Of a DNA stretch of 62,441 bases, positions 40,112 through 50,141 are shown one piece after another; the stretch's first letter is position 1, and every line of letters begins with the position of its first letter. The notes under the pieces are model-generated. The model made no database searches. It was not told the DNA's origin and saw nothing but the letters and a program-made list of their open reading frames with translations. A program made the translations under genes and the position numbers. This DNA comes from an uncultured Collinsella sp. (GTDB lineage Bacteria > Actinomycetota > Coriobacteriia > Coriobacteriales > Coriobacteriaceae). The stretch lies in contig CBCSNQ010000001.1 of the NCBI GenBank assembly GCA_965141565.1, forward strand, positions 1 through 62,441, given 5' to 3'.

Positions 40112-41965
40112 TTACATCTGCTCGGGGGCAGTCACGCCAACGAGGGTAAGCACCAGGGCGAGCGTCACGCGGACGGCGTCGCAAGCGGCCAGACGGGCGC
40201 GCGAAAGCTCGGGGTCGACGGGACGGCCCTCGCTCGGCAGAACCTGGCAGGCAGCGTAGAAGCTGTGGAAGTCGCCGGCGAGCTCCTCGGCAAAGTGAGT
40301 CAGACGGAACGGGGCGCGGTCGCGAGCGCAGCTGGCGATAAGGTCAGTGAGTTCGTTGAGCTTGCGCGACAGGGCGAGCTCGGTCGGGTCGGTCAGCAGC
40401 GAGTAATCGACGTTCTCACCGATAGCCTTGGCGGCGACGGCCTTCATGCCCATCTCGTCAGCCTGCTCGGGCGTAACGTCGGCGGCACGGCGCAGAATGG
40501 AGCACACGCGGGCGTGAGCGTACTGCACGTAGTACACCGGGTTGGAGTTGTCGCGCTTCTTGACGGCCTCGATATCGAAGTCGACCATCTGGTTGGAGCT
40601 CTTGGAGATGAGCGTGTAACGGGCAGCGTCGGAGCCGACCTCGTCGACGAGCTCCTGCAGGGTCACCATGGTGCCCTTGCGCTTGGACATACGGACGGGC
40701 TTGCCGTTGCGCAGCAGGTTGACGAGCTGGCCCAGCAGAACCTCAAACTTGCCGGGGTAACCCAGAGCGTCGCAGACGCAGCGGACGCGCTCGATGTAGC
40801 CGTGGTGGTCGGCGCCCCAGACGTCGATGACGTGGTCGACGCGCTGGAACTTATCCCAGTGATAGGCGACGTCGGAGGCAAAGTAGGTGTACTCGCCGTC
40901 GGACTTGATCAGCACGCGGTCCTTGTCGTCGCCCAGATCGGTGGAACGGAACCACAGAGCGCCGTCCTTGGTGTAGAGGTAGCCCATCTTGTCGAGCTTC
41001 TCAAAAGCGCGGTCGACGGCAGAGGTGCCGGCGGTCTCGCCCTCGGTGTCCTTCACGTACAGCGAACGCTCGGAGTACCAACGATCGAAGTCGCAATTGA
41101 CGGCGTGGCAGAGGTCGCGCATGTTGTCGACCATCTTTACGTAGCCGCGCTCGCGGAAGCTCTCCATGCGCTCCTGCGGATCGGCGTCGACCCACTTGTC
41201 GCCGTCGGTGCGCCAGAACTCGGCAGCCTCGTCGATGATGTAGTCGCCGCCGTAGGAGTCCTTGCCCAGAGTCTCGGCAAAGTTGTCCTGATACGGATGG
41301 GTCTCGGGATGCTCGTCATTCTCGTCGGCAACAAAGGCGTCGCGGTCGGCGATCAGCAGCTTGTGAGCCTCGTCGATATCCACGCCCTGCTTGGCGATGA
41401 TGTCGGCAAGCTGCATATAGCGCGTGCTGATGGAGTTGCCGAAGGTGTTCATCTGAGAGCCGTGGTCGTTGATGTAGAACTCACGCTGGATGTCGTAACC
41501 GGCGTGGTCCATAACACGGCAGAGTGAGTCGCCCAGCGCGGCCCAGCGGCCGTGGCCGATGTGCATGGGGCCGACGGGGTTAGCGGAAACGAACTCGACC
41601 TGGGTCTTCAGGCCACCACCGACGTTGGACTTAGCGAAGTCCATACCCTTCTCGCGAGCCTCGCCAAAGATGGCATTCTTGACGGCAACGGAGAGGTAGA
41701 AGTTGATGAAGCCGGGGCCTGCGATCTCGACCTTCTCGATCGCGGGGTCCTCGGGCATATGGGCAACGATGGCCTCGGCGATCTTGCGCGGGGCGCAGTG
41801 GGCCAGCTTGGCGGACTTCAGGGCCATGGTAGAGGTCCACTCGCCATGAGAAGTGTCAGCCGGTCGCTCGATAGCGCAATCGTCAAGTTCAAATGCGGAA
41901 AGGTCGCCGGCCTCCTGGGCCGCAGCAAGCGCAGCGCGTACCAGCTCTTCAATCTTCTCGGGCAT
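40112..41965 (-). CDS. argS: arginine--tRNA ligase
   Basis: VEFVSANPVGPMHIGHGR, WGADHHGY, MSKRKG, YYVQYAHAR, C-terminal APEQM; AGGAGG RBS. Confidence 0.97.
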   Translation of the reverse strand: MPEKIEELVRAALAAAQEAGDLSAFELDDCAIERPADTSHGEWTSTMALKSAKLAHCAPRKIAEAIVAHMPEDPAIEKVEIAGPGFINFYLSVAVKNAIFGEAREKGMDFAKSNVGGGLKTQVEFVSANPVGPMHIGHGRWAALGDSLCRVMDHAGYDIQREFYINDHGSQMNTFGNSISTRYMQLADIIAKQGVDIDEAHKLLIADRDAFVADENDEHPETHPYQDNFAETLGKDSYGGDYIIDEAAEFWRTDGDKWVDADPQERMESFRERGYVKMVDNMRDLCHAVNCDFDRWYSERSLYVKDTEGETAGTSAVDRAFEKLDKMGYLYTKDGALWFRSTDLGDDKDRVLIKSDGEYTYFASDVAYHWDKFQRVDHVIDVWGADHHGYIERVRCVCDALGYPGKFEVLLGQLVNLLRNGKPVRMSKRKGTMVTLQELVDEVGSDAARYTLISKSSNQMVDFDIEAVKKRDNSNPVYYVQYAHARVCSILRRAADVTPEQADEMGMKAVAAKAIGENVDYSLLTDPTELALSRKLNELTDLIASCARDRAPFRLTHFAEELAGDFHSFYAACQVLPSEGRPVDPELSRARLAACDAVRVTLALVLTLVGVTAPEQM

Positions 41966-42307
41966 AGATCCTCCTTGTGTTAAAGCCCCCGAGCTCTTGG
42001 TCACTCGTAGGGCAAAAGCCAGAGTTTGTAGCACTCTATCACAAGCGACGGGCACTGTCGCAGGGTAAAGCTAATAGATATTGCATATGCACAAAAATGA
42101 CTACAGCTTGTATGGAGTCACTCAAAGATGCCGGTCTGCCTGCAGATTATGCAGGCGTTGAAAATGTATAAAGGTGTGAATGAGCTGCGTCTGTTATCGA
42201 ATACTCTTACCTATCAGAGTTGTGTGCTTTTCCTGCATAAAGTAAGGGTTTGCGCACGTCAGCGTGTTATTCTAGACATACGTAAATTCGTATAAGTTGG
42301 AGGTAGC

Positions 42308-42793
42308 ATGTTCTCAATCGGTCAACACGTCATTCATCCGGGCCAGGGAGTCTGCACCGTCGTCGGTTTTAGGGACGACACACCGCAGCCCATGCTGCTG
42401 CTCGAGACCAAGCAGGGACATGCGCAGACGATCCTCATGTACCCCGTGGCGCAGGCCGACCGTTTGCACGCCGCCATCTCGCAGCAAGATGCCGAGCATT
42501 TGCTGAGCCACTATGACGAGCTGGAGTGCGACACCTTTACCGAGCGCAACAGCTCGCTTGAGGAGACGCACTTTAAGCAGCAGCTCAAGCTGGGCGCACC
42601 CGAGACGGTCCGCGTGGCAAAGACCATGATGCACCGCATTCGCCAGGCCGAGGAAGCTGATAAAAAGCCCAGCTCCTACTACATGCGCGTACTCAAGGAA
42701 GCCAAGCGCCGCTCCATCGAGGAGTTCGCCGTGGCCTTGGGCGTCACCGAGGAGGCCGCCGAAGCTCGCCTAGCCCAAGCCGCCCTCAACTAA
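42308..42793 (+). CDS. CarD/TRCF-RID family transcriptional regulator
   Basis: MFSIGQHVIHPGQGVC N-terminus; GGAGG RBS. Confidence 0.8.
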   Translation: MFSIGQHVIHPGQGVCTVVGFRDDTPQPMLLLETKQGHAQTILMYPVAQADRLHAAISQQDAEHLLSHYDELECDTFTERNSSLEETHFKQQLKLGAPETVRVAKTMMHRIRQAEEADKKPSSYYMRVLKEAKRRSIEEFAVALGVTEEAAEARLAQAALN

Positions 42794-42806
42794 CCCATCC
42801 GCGCCA

Positions 42807-42847
42807 AAAACCACCACAAAGGGGACAGGCACCTTTGTGGTGGTTTT
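42807..42847 (+). repeat. 41-bp palindromic REP-like element, copy 1
   Basis: aaaaccaccacaaagg-ggacaggca-cctttgtggtggtttt. Confidence 0.92.
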
Positions 42848-42901
42848 CTTGTTCTAGTAGTATTCATTCTTATCGATACCCACGAGCACAAGGAGTCTGT
42901 T

Positions 42902-43501
42902 ATGGCAGAGCCGCTTACCGCCGGAATCACCCGCGACCGCGCGTTCGAACTGCTCAACGAGCACAACAAGGACCCGTTCCACATCACCCATGGCGAGACG
43001 GTCGAGGGCACTATGCGCTACTTTGCACGCGAGTTCGACCCCGAGAACGAGGAGTTTTGGGGCATCGTCGGTCTGCTGCACGACCTGGATTGGGAGGAGC
43101 ATGAGGACGACCCCATGAACCACACCATCTATGCTGCCGAGATTCTTGAGGGCGAAGGTGCGTCTCCCGAGCTCATTCGCGCCATCCAGACGCACACGTC
43201 GGACTTCAACACCTCGCTGCCCAAACCCGAGCTGCAGATGGAAAAGATCCTGTTTGCCTGCGATGAGCTCACCGGCCTGATCGGCGCTGCAGTCATCATG
43301 CGCCCGAGCAAGAGCGTTATGGACTTTACGACCAAGTCGCTCAAGAAGAAGTTCAAGGACAAACGCTTTGCCGCCGGCTGCTCGCGCGACGTGATTTCGC
43401 AGGGCGCCGAGATGTTGGGCTGGGAGCTCCCCGAGCTCTTTGACCGCACCATCGCGGCCATGCAGTCCTTCGCCCCCGACCGCGATACCTTCCAGGCCTA
43501 A
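42902..43501 (+). CDS. HD-domain hydrolase (HDIG-like)
   Basis: HGETVE...GLLHDLDWE...DELTGLI...KKKFKDKRFAAG. Confidence 0.88.
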   Translation: MAEPLTAGITRDRAFELLNEHNKDPFHITHGETVEGTMRYFAREFDPENEEFWGIVGLLHDLDWEEHEDDPMNHTIYAAEILEGEGASPELIRAIQTHTSDFNTSLPKPELQMEKILFACDELTGLIGAAVIMRPSKSVMDFTTKSLKKKFKDKRFAAGCSRDVISQGAEMLGWELPELFDRTIAAMQSFAPDRDTFQA

Positions 43502-43516
43502 CCGCCCACGCCACCT

Positions 43517-43557
43517 AAAACCACCACAAAGGAGACAGGCGCCTTTGTGGTGGTTTT
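43517..43557 (+). repeat. 41-bp palindromic REP-like element, copy 2
   Basis: aaaaccaccacaaagg-agacaggcg-cctttgtggtggtttt. Confidence 0.92.
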
Positions 43558-43571
43558 CGTTTACGAGGGCG

Positions 43572-44858
43572 TTAGGGACGGACCTGGCCGGTGCCGCGGA
43601 GCTTGTATTTGTAGGTGGTGAGGGCCTCGGCGGCAAAGGGGCCGCGGGCGTGGAGCTTTTGGGTCGAGATGCCGATCTCGGCACCCAGCCCAAACTCGCC
43701 GCCGTCGGTAAAGCGCGTGCTGGCGTTGGCGTACACGGCCGAGGCATCGACTGCATCCAAGAAGCGCTCGCAGGCGTCCGCGTCCTCGGCGATGATGGCC
43801 TCGGAGTGCATGGTGCCATAGCGGTTGATGTGCGCGATGGTCTCGTCCTCGTTCGCCACGACCTTCACGCTCATCTCGAGCGCCAGGTACTCACGGCCCC
43901 AATCCTCCTCAGTCGCGGCAACATAGTCGTCGCCCTCGGCAAGCCCAGCGTCGGCGCATGCAGCGCACGTGGCCTCGTCACCGTGAATCAGCACGCCGTG
44001 GTCGTGCAGCACGGCAACGACTGCGGGCAGGAAGCGATCAGCAACGGCACGGTCGACCAGCAGCGACTCGGCGGCATTGCACACGCCCACGCGCTGGGTC
44101 TTGGCATTGACGATAATGTTGAGCGCTTTATCGAAGTCGGCGGATTCATGCACGTAGATGTGACAGTTGCCCGTACCCGTCTCGATCACCGGCACAAGCG
44201 ACTCGCGCACGCAGCGCTGGATCAGGCCCGCACCGCCACGCGGAATGAGCACGTCGACGATGCCGCGGAGCTTCATGAGCTCACCGGTGGCCTCGCGGTC
44301 GGTGGACTCGATCATCGAGATAGCCTCGCGCGGGAAACCCTTGGCCTCGAGCGCATCGGCCAGCAACTCGGAAATCATGGCGCACGAGTGATAGGCCAGC
44401 GAACCGCCGCGCAGGATGCAGGAGTTGCCGGTGCGGATGCAGATGCCCGCGGCGTCGGCCGTCACATTGGGGCGCGCCTCGTAGACCATGGCGACCAGGC
44501 CCAGCGGCACACTCACACGGGTCAGGTCCACGCCGCTTGTAAGCACGCGGTGGTCGAGCACGCGGCCCACGGGATCGGGCAGCTCGGCGAGCTTTTCCAG
44601 GCCGGCGGCCATGCCCTCGACACGCTCGGGCGTCAGCAGCAGACGGTCGAGGAGCCCCGCCGAAGTGCCCGCATCGCGCGCGGCGGACATATCGAGCTCG
44701 TTGGCGGCGACGATGGAGTCGACACCGTTGCGCAGTGCTGCGGCCATGGCGCGCACGGCCTCCTGGCGCTGCTCATCGCTCGCCGTGGCAAGCGAGGCCG
44801 ACGCTGCCTTGGCGGCAACGGCAAGATCGTGGACATACGTGGCTATATCGACCGACAT
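43572..44858 (-). CDS. proA: glutamate-5-semialdehyde dehydrogenase
   Basis: YEARPNVT, IPRGGAGLI, NASTRFTDGGEFGLGAEIGISTQKLHARGP. Confidence 0.97.
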   Translation of the reverse strand: MSVDIATYVHDLAVAAKAASASLATASDEQRQEAVRAMAAALRNGVDSIVAANELDMSAARDAGTSAGLLDRLLLTPERVEGMAAGLEKLAELPDPVGRVLDHRVLTSGVDLTRVSVPLGLVAMVYEARPNVTADAAGICIRTGNSCILRGGSLAYHSCAMISELLADALEAKGFPREAISMIESTDREATGELMKLRGIVDVLIPRGGAGLIQRCVRESLVPVIETGTGNCHIYVHESADFDKALNIIVNAKTQRVGVCNAAESLLVDRAVADRFLPAVVAVLHDHGVLIHGDEATCAACADAGLAEGDDYVAATEEDWGREYLALEMSVKVVANEDETIAHINRYGTMHSEAIIAEDADACERFLDAVDASAVYANASTRFTDGGEFGLGAEIGISTQKLHARGPFAAEALTTYKYKLRGTGQVRP

Positions 44859-44970
44859 GGGCGGCCCTTTCTCCTAGAAGTTTGCAACCATGGTAGCCGA
44901 TTTGCGCATGGCCTCGACCGCGGCGGTAGAATTGGTCAACCCGAAACACCGCAACGAACGGAAGACTCAC

Positions 44971-46389
44971 ATGGCCCTCATCACTTCGTACCACGTCCCC
45001 GGCCTTTATGTCGAGGACCACAGCATCGACGTCCCCCTTGACTGGCGCGGCCTGGAGCCGATGCTTTTGGCCGTCGGCAGCACCATGCGCCGCGGCGCTA
45101 TGCCGGCACCCATCGCCGGCGCGCCCGAGAGCATCAAGCTCTTCTACCGCGTGGTTTGCGCGCCCGGCCGCATCAACGACGATCTGCCACTGCTCCTGTT
45201 TTTGCAGGGCGGCCCCGGCGGCGAGAGCCCGCGTCCGCTGTCGCCCACAAGCGACGGTTGGATCGAGGAGGCCGTCAAGCACTTCCGCGTGGTCCTTCCC
45301 GACCAGCGCGGCACCGGACGCAGTAGCTGTGTGGACGGACGCACGATCAAGGCACTGGGTGATCGCGCAACGGCCGCCGGCGCCGATACAGCACGCTCGC
45401 AGGCGGACTTCCTCAAGCGCCACCTCGCCAGCTCCATCGTGCGCGATTTTGAGTACCTGCGCCTAGTGGGCTTTGGCGGCAAGCCGTGGGTCACGCTCGG
45501 CCAAAGCTACGGCGGTTTTTTGACGCTGAGCTACCTGTCGCTCTTCCCCGAGGGCGTGGCGGCAAGCTTTACCTGCGGCGGCATCCCCCACGTGCCGGCG
45601 AGCGCCAGCGAGGTCTACGCGCACACCTTCCCGCGCATGGCCGCCAAGACGCAGCAGTATTACGACCGCTACCCCGCCGACGTCGAGCGCGTGGCAGCCC
45701 TGGCCGATGCGCTTGAGGCACAGAAGCCCGTGCTGCCCGACGGCTCGCCAATGACGGTCGAGCGCCTACAGCTCATGGGCAGCGACTTTGGCATGAAGCC
45801 GAGCTTTGAACGCATGCATTGGATTATCGATCACGCTTTTGTTGGTGGCGACGGCACGCTGACCTGCGGCGCCTCGGTATCTGACAGCTTTTTGATGCGC
45901 GCCTTCGAGCGCACCAACACGCGCACGAATCCGCTGTACTGGACGCTGCAGGAGTTCATATACGCCGACGGTGACACTATGCCCATTGGCTGGGCCGCGG
46001 CTGAAGAGAAGGCTCACCGCGCCGAGTTCGACACCCTCGCGCGCCCGCTCATGTTTACCGGCGAGGCCATGTTCCCGTGGATGTTCGAGCAGATGCCCGA
46101 GCTCAAGCCCTTCAAGCCCGCCATGGACCTGCTGATGGAAGACACCAGCTGGGACAAGATCTACGACCCGCAGCGACTGGCGTGCAACGAGGTGCCCCTG
46201 CAGGCCGCGGTGTATTTCGACGACATGTACGTGGATTCGGGCCTGCAGCTTGATACGCTCAGCCGCGTGGGCAACTCGCATGCCTGGGTGACCAACGAGT
46301 TCGAGCACGACGGTCTGCACGGCAGCGTGGTATTCAAGCACCTCTTCGACGAAGCCCTCAACCGCGGAGACCTGCGTCAGATCTTCTAA
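44971..46389 (+). CDS. proline iminopeptidase (alpha/beta hydrolase, S33)
   Basis: FLQGGPG, DQRGTGRS, GQSYGG, YFDDMYV, NEFEHDGL. Confidence 0.88.
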   Translation: MALITSYHVPGLYVEDHSIDVPLDWRGLEPMLLAVGSTMRRGAMPAPIAGAPESIKLFYRVVCAPGRINDDLPLLLFLQGGPGGESPRPLSPTSDGWIEEAVKHFRVVLPDQRGTGRSSCVDGRTIKALGDRATAAGADTARSQADFLKRHLASSIVRDFEYLRLVGFGGKPWVTLGQSYGGFLTLSYLSLFPEGVAASFTCGGIPHVPASASEVYAHTFPRMAAKTQQYYDRYPADVERVAALADALEAQKPVLPDGSPMTVERLQLMGSDFGMKPSFERMHWIIDHAFVGGDGTLTCGASVSDSFLMRAFERTNTRTNPLYWTLQEFIYADGDTMPIGWAAAEEKAHRAEFDTLARPLMFTGEAMFPWMFEQMPELKPFKPAMDLLMEDTSWDKIYDPQRLACNEVPLQAAVYFDDMYVDSGLQLDTLSRVGNSHAWVTNEFEHDGLHGSVVFKHLFDEALNRGDLRQIF

Positions 46390-46391
46390 CA

Positions 46392-46584
46392 AAGGAGTGT
46401 CTCCGCCTGCCAGCACAAAAGGAACGTCCCCAAGTGCCGAACAAGTGCCGGCAACGACAATGCCGCAGGTAGAGGACGGAAAGCGAAAACGCCCCTAAGC
46501 GAGCAAGGTGACGTGAAAGAGGAGGGCATTGACCTTTTGGTCATGCCCGACGATTGAACGTCAGATTGCCGCTTAGGGGCGTTT
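46392..46584. repeat. composite intergenic repeat: GGGAC-core motifs, CCGCAGGTAGA motif and a 15-bp perfect inverted-arm element
   Basis: aaggagtgtc and aaggaacgtccccaagtgccg (shared with 59164-59302); ccgcaggtaga at 46463; aaacgcccctaagcg (46487) / cgcttaggggcgttt (46570). Confidence 0.75.
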
Positions 46585-46598
46585 GCAGCGTCAATTGG

Positions 46599-47726
46599 TT
46601 ATGCAAATACGATCAAGTTATCCCTGTGTATCGCCGGCTTCTCGGCCAGGTTAGCGAGCAGGCGGTTGCTGGCGATCTGGTCCTGGCGGCGGCCGGCGGC
46701 AAGTTCCAGCACGTCCGAATCGGCCTCGGCGATACCGCGGGCGACAACCATGCCGCTCGGGTCGCACACGTCGAGCACATCGCCCTCGGCAAACTGGCCA
46801 TCGACCTCGCGAATACCCACCGCAAGCAAGGAAGAGCCACGGCTGACCAGCGCCTTCGCAGCACCATCATCGACCGTCACCGAGCCATGCGCCTTGTCGC
46901 CCAGTGCGATCCACAGCTTGCGGGGTGCGATGTCCAGACGCTCCGCCGGCGGATCGAACAGCGTGCCCACGCTCTCGCCGCGGGCGAGGCGCACGAGCGC
47001 ATCGGGTTCCTCGCCCGAGCAAATCACGCTCTGAATGCCCGCCGTCATCAGGATGCGGCTCGCGCGGATCTTGGTAATCATGCCGCCCGTTCCCACCGAT
47101 GTGGAAGAATCGCCCGCCGAGGCAATAATCTTGGCATCGATCTTATGCACGACAGGAACAAACTCGGCCGTGAGGTCCTCATGCGGATTGGCAGTATAGA
47201 GACCATCGATGTCCGAAAGCGTCACGCACAGATCGGCAGAAACCAGGCAGCTCACGAGCGCCGCCAGCGTGTCGTTGTCGCCAAACTTGATCTCATCGAC
47301 AGTAACGGTATCGTTCTCGTTGACGACCGGCACCACGCCAAGCTCCACCAGGCACAGCAGGGCGTCGCGCGCGTGCAGGTAGGACGTACGGCGCGCCGTG
47401 TCGTGACGCGTGAGCAGCACGAGCGAGGTGAGCAGGTCGCGCGCATGAAACTCCTCGTCGTAGGCCGACGAGATGATGCACTGGCCGGCCGAAGCGCAGG
47501 CCTGCAGGCTCGGCAGGTCGCCGACCGGCTTACGGTCGAAGCCCAGCACGGGATAGCCACAGGCGATAGCGCCCGAGCTCACCACGACCAGACGCCAGCC
47601 GAGCTTGCGCAGCGCTGCGGCCTGATCGGCAAGCCCGCCGATAAAGGCGCGGTTGACCTTGCCGTCGGCGCCCACCACCGTGGACGAGCCGATCTTTACC
47701 ACCATCGTTTTATAAGAAGTCGTCAT
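46599..47726 (-). CDS. proB: glutamate 5-kinase (with PUA domain)
   Basis: VVKIGSS, VSSGAI, NENDTV, FGDNDTLAA, GTGGMITK. Confidence 0.97.
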   Translation of the reverse strand: MTTSYKTMVVKIGSSTVVGADGKVNRAFIGGLADQAAALRKLGWRLVVVSSGAIACGYPVLGFDRKPVGDLPSLQACASAGQCIISSAYDEEFHARDLLTSLVLLTRHDTARRTSYLHARDALLCLVELGVVPVVNENDTVTVDEIKFGDNDTLAALVSCLVSADLCVTLSDIDGLYTANPHEDLTAEFVPVVHKIDAKIIASAGDSSTSVGTGGMITKIRASRILMTAGIQSVICSGEEPDALVRLARGESVGTLFDPPAERLDIAPRKLWIALGDKAHGSVTVDDGAAKALVSRGSSLLAVGIREVDGQFAEGDVLDVCDPSGMVVARGIAEADSDVLELAAGRRQDQIASNRLLANLAEKPAIHRDNLIVFA

Positions 47727-47805
47727 ACGTCAAACCAATCAACTGTTCAGCGAACGGCCGAGCCGGCGGCCAAGGAAGCGTGACTCGCCCCTACCGCCCA
47801 AGGAA

Positions 47806-49311
47806 TTAGTGAGCCCAAGGAAAGGCAGAGGCCGCGGCCATGTTCTTGCGCACGAGCTCGTCGCGCACCTGAGCCAGGCCCTGCTCCATGCCCACCACAT
47901 AGGTCTGCGGGTACAGGAAGCGCTTGAAAGCTGCGTCCAGATGATCGAGCGCCCAAGCACAGCGCTCGCGCGCGTCCTGGATGCTCTCACGCGGAGCCAC
48001 CGCGCTGCCATCGCGCACGATCGGCACCAGCAGCTCGCGATACTCAAGTTCGGACACGTCGGTCACCAGGGCGGCATCATTCACGGCCACGAGGGTATTG
48101 CCGCGCGCGGCGCCCTCCCCCGCCAGATGGTCCTCGTCGTAGATCATGTCGCAGACCGGGCCGCCAAAGCCGTCGTAATAACGACGCACGCGTTGCACAC
48201 CCGGGATCGTGCGCTTGTAGGGCTGCTCGGAGAGCTTGACCACCGGAGTCCATGGATCTGCCTCGCTCGCACGGCGGGCGGAAAGCTTGTACACGCCGCC
48301 CAGCGCCGGCTGGTCATAGCAGGTCGCGAGCTTGGTACCCACGCCAAAGCTGTCGATGGGCGCGCCCTGGTCGAGCAGCGACTGAATCGTGTACTCATCC
48401 AGATCGTTGGAAACCGAGATCCCCACATAGGGCAGGCCCTCGGCATCAAAACGGTCGCGAACATACTTGGAGAGCTTGGCGAGGTCGCCAGAGTCGATGC
48501 GAATGGCCGACAGGCGCTCGCCCACCGCTTCCATCTCCTTGGCAACCGTAATGGCATGTTCACAGCCCTCGCGCACGTCATAGGTGTCGATGAGCAGCGT
48601 ACAGTTCTTGGGGCTCGACTTGGCAAAGGCGCGGAAGGCCTCGAGCTCGGAATCGAAGCTCATCACCCAGCTGTGCGCATGCGTGCCAAAGACGGGAATA
48701 CCGTAGCGGCGGCCGGCGAGCACATTGGACGTAGAGGAGCAGCCGGCAACGTAGCTCGCGCGCGCAACGGCCAGGCCGCCATCGGGACCCTGGGCTCGGC
48801 GCAGGCCAAACTCCGCCACGGGGCGACCGTCGGCGGCGAGCACCACGCGCGCCGTCTTGGTGGCGACAAGCGTCTGGAACCCGACGATGTTGAGCAGCGC
48901 CGTCTCGAGCAGCTGGCACTCCAGCGCGGGGCCGGTGACGCGCACCATGGGCTCGCGCGGAAAGACGAGCTCGCCCTCGGGCACGGCGTCGATGTTTACA
49001 TGCGCACGAAAATCGCGCAGGTAGTCGAGGAATCCAGGCTTGAACATCGCGCCGCCGGCAGGGGCCTGGAGCGAGGCGAGGTAGTCGATGTCCTCGGGCG
49101 TAAAGCGCAGATTCTCGACCAGCTCGGGCAGTTCGGCGGTGCCGCACATGACGGCATAGGCGCTGCCAAAGGGATGGTCGCGGTAAAACGCGGTAAAACA
49201 ACCCTGCTCATTGGCCTTGCCGCTCTCCCACAGGCCCTGGGCCATAGTGAGCTCGTACAGATCGGTGAGCATTGCAATGTCTGTGGGATGCGAGATGTCG
49301 GTCAAAGCCAT
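47806..49311 (-). CDS. pncB: nicotinate phosphoribosyltransferase
   Basis: LTDLYELTM, EFGLRRAQG, GTHAHSWV, IRIDSGDL, FGVGT. Confidence 0.95.
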   Translation of the reverse strand: MALTDISHPTDIAMLTDLYELTMAQGLWESGKANEQGCFTAFYRDHPFGSAYAVMCGTAELPELVENLRFTPEDIDYLASLQAPAGGAMFKPGFLDYLRDFRAHVNIDAVPEGELVFPREPMVRVTGPALECQLLETALLNIVGFQTLVATKTARVVLAADGRPVAEFGLRRAQGPDGGLAVARASYVAGCSSTSNVLAGRRYGIPVFGTHAHSWVMSFDSELEAFRAFAKSSPKNCTLLIDTYDVREGCEHAITVAKEMEAVGERLSAIRIDSGDLAKLSKYVRDRFDAEGLPYVGISVSNDLDEYTIQSLLDQGAPIDSFGVGTKLATCYDQPALGGVYKLSARRASEADPWTPVVKLSEQPYKRTIPGVQRVRRYYDGFGGPVCDMIYDEDHLAGEGAARGNTLVAVNDAALVTDVSELEYRELLVPIVRDGSAVAPRESIQDARERCAWALDHLDAAFKRFLYPQTYVVGMEQGLAQVRDELVRKNMAAASAFPWAH

Positions 49312-49395
49312 GGGGCGACCTTTCGGATGTGTGGTGCAGAATTTGAGGGTTGGACGAGAGCAGAGCATGCGGACATGACGCCCGATGCAAATCGG

Positions 49396-49854
49396 TTAGA
49401 GCAGGCCCATGCTGGTCAGGATCGTGTAGCCCATAAAGATGACGAACGCGATGAGGGCAAGGACAATGATGATTTTTTGAGCCGGCGCCATGCCAGGGAT
49501 CTCGTTCTCGCCCGTAGGCTCCTTGGAGGTGACCATGCGCTGGGCAAAGGTCATCTCGTCACGGCTCGGCGCGGGCTCGGCGGACTTGGGACGAGCGGCC
49601 TTTTTAGGCTGAGGTTTGGGCGCGGCAGGTGCAGGCTTCGCAGCAGCGGGCTTGGGTGCGGGCGCGGGCGCCGGTGCGGATGCGGCGTTCACGGCGACCT
49701 CCTCGGCCTTCGCACGCTCGGCACGCAGGGCAGCCAGCTCCTCACGCTCGCGACGGGCCTCTTCCCGAGCCTCGCGGCGGGCCTTCTCGGCGCGGAGCTC
49801 TTCCAACTCGGTGCGCTCCTCGTCGGACAATGGTTGGGACTCAAGCTCGGCCAT
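49396..49854 (-). CDS. hypothetical protein (coiled coil, Pro/Ala linker, C-terminal TM)
   Basis: Charged helical N-terminus, PAPAPK linker and a hydrophobic tail; GAAAGG RBS. Confidence 0.7.
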   Translation of the reverse strand: MAELESQPLSDEERTELEELRAEKARREAREEARREREELAALRAERAKAEEVAVNAASAPAPAPAPKPAAAKPAPAAPKPQPKKAARPKSAEPAPSRDEMTFAQRMVTSKEPTGENEIPGMAPAQKIIIVLALIAFVIFMGYTILTSMGLL

Positions 49855-49918
49855 GGTGCAGCCCTTTCTTTCAAAAAAAGCCGCCGACACAATGTCAGCG
49901 GCTTATCAAATCCAAGGG

Positions 49919-49991
49919 TGGAGACGAAGGGAGTCGAACCCTCGGCCTCTGCCATGCGACGGCAGCGCTCTCCCAACTGAGCTACGTCCCC
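49919..49991 (-). tRNA. tRNA-Ala(CGC)
   Basis: GGGGACGTAGCTCAGTTGGGAGAGCGCTGCCGTCGCATGGCAGAGGCCGAGGGTTCGACTCCCTTCGTCTCCA; terminator hairpin at about 49873-49904. Confidence 0.95.
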
Positions 49992-50097
49992 AGGACAAGT
50001 CGATATTTTACCTACGGCTCGCCAACTGTCAACGCCCAATAACCAGTCTTTTTGGAGCGCGGCTATTTTGACAACCTTTCGAGCAAGCGATTCTCTC

Positions 50098-50131
50098 GAT
50101 GATTTTTAATCCCCGTCCCAGAAAAATCATC
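50098..50131. repeat. GGGAC-core palindrome variant
   Basis: gatgattttt-aatccccgtcccag-aaaaatcatc; similar core at 61325-61357. Confidence 0.6.
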
Positions 50132-50141
50132 CGTGTGCGCA

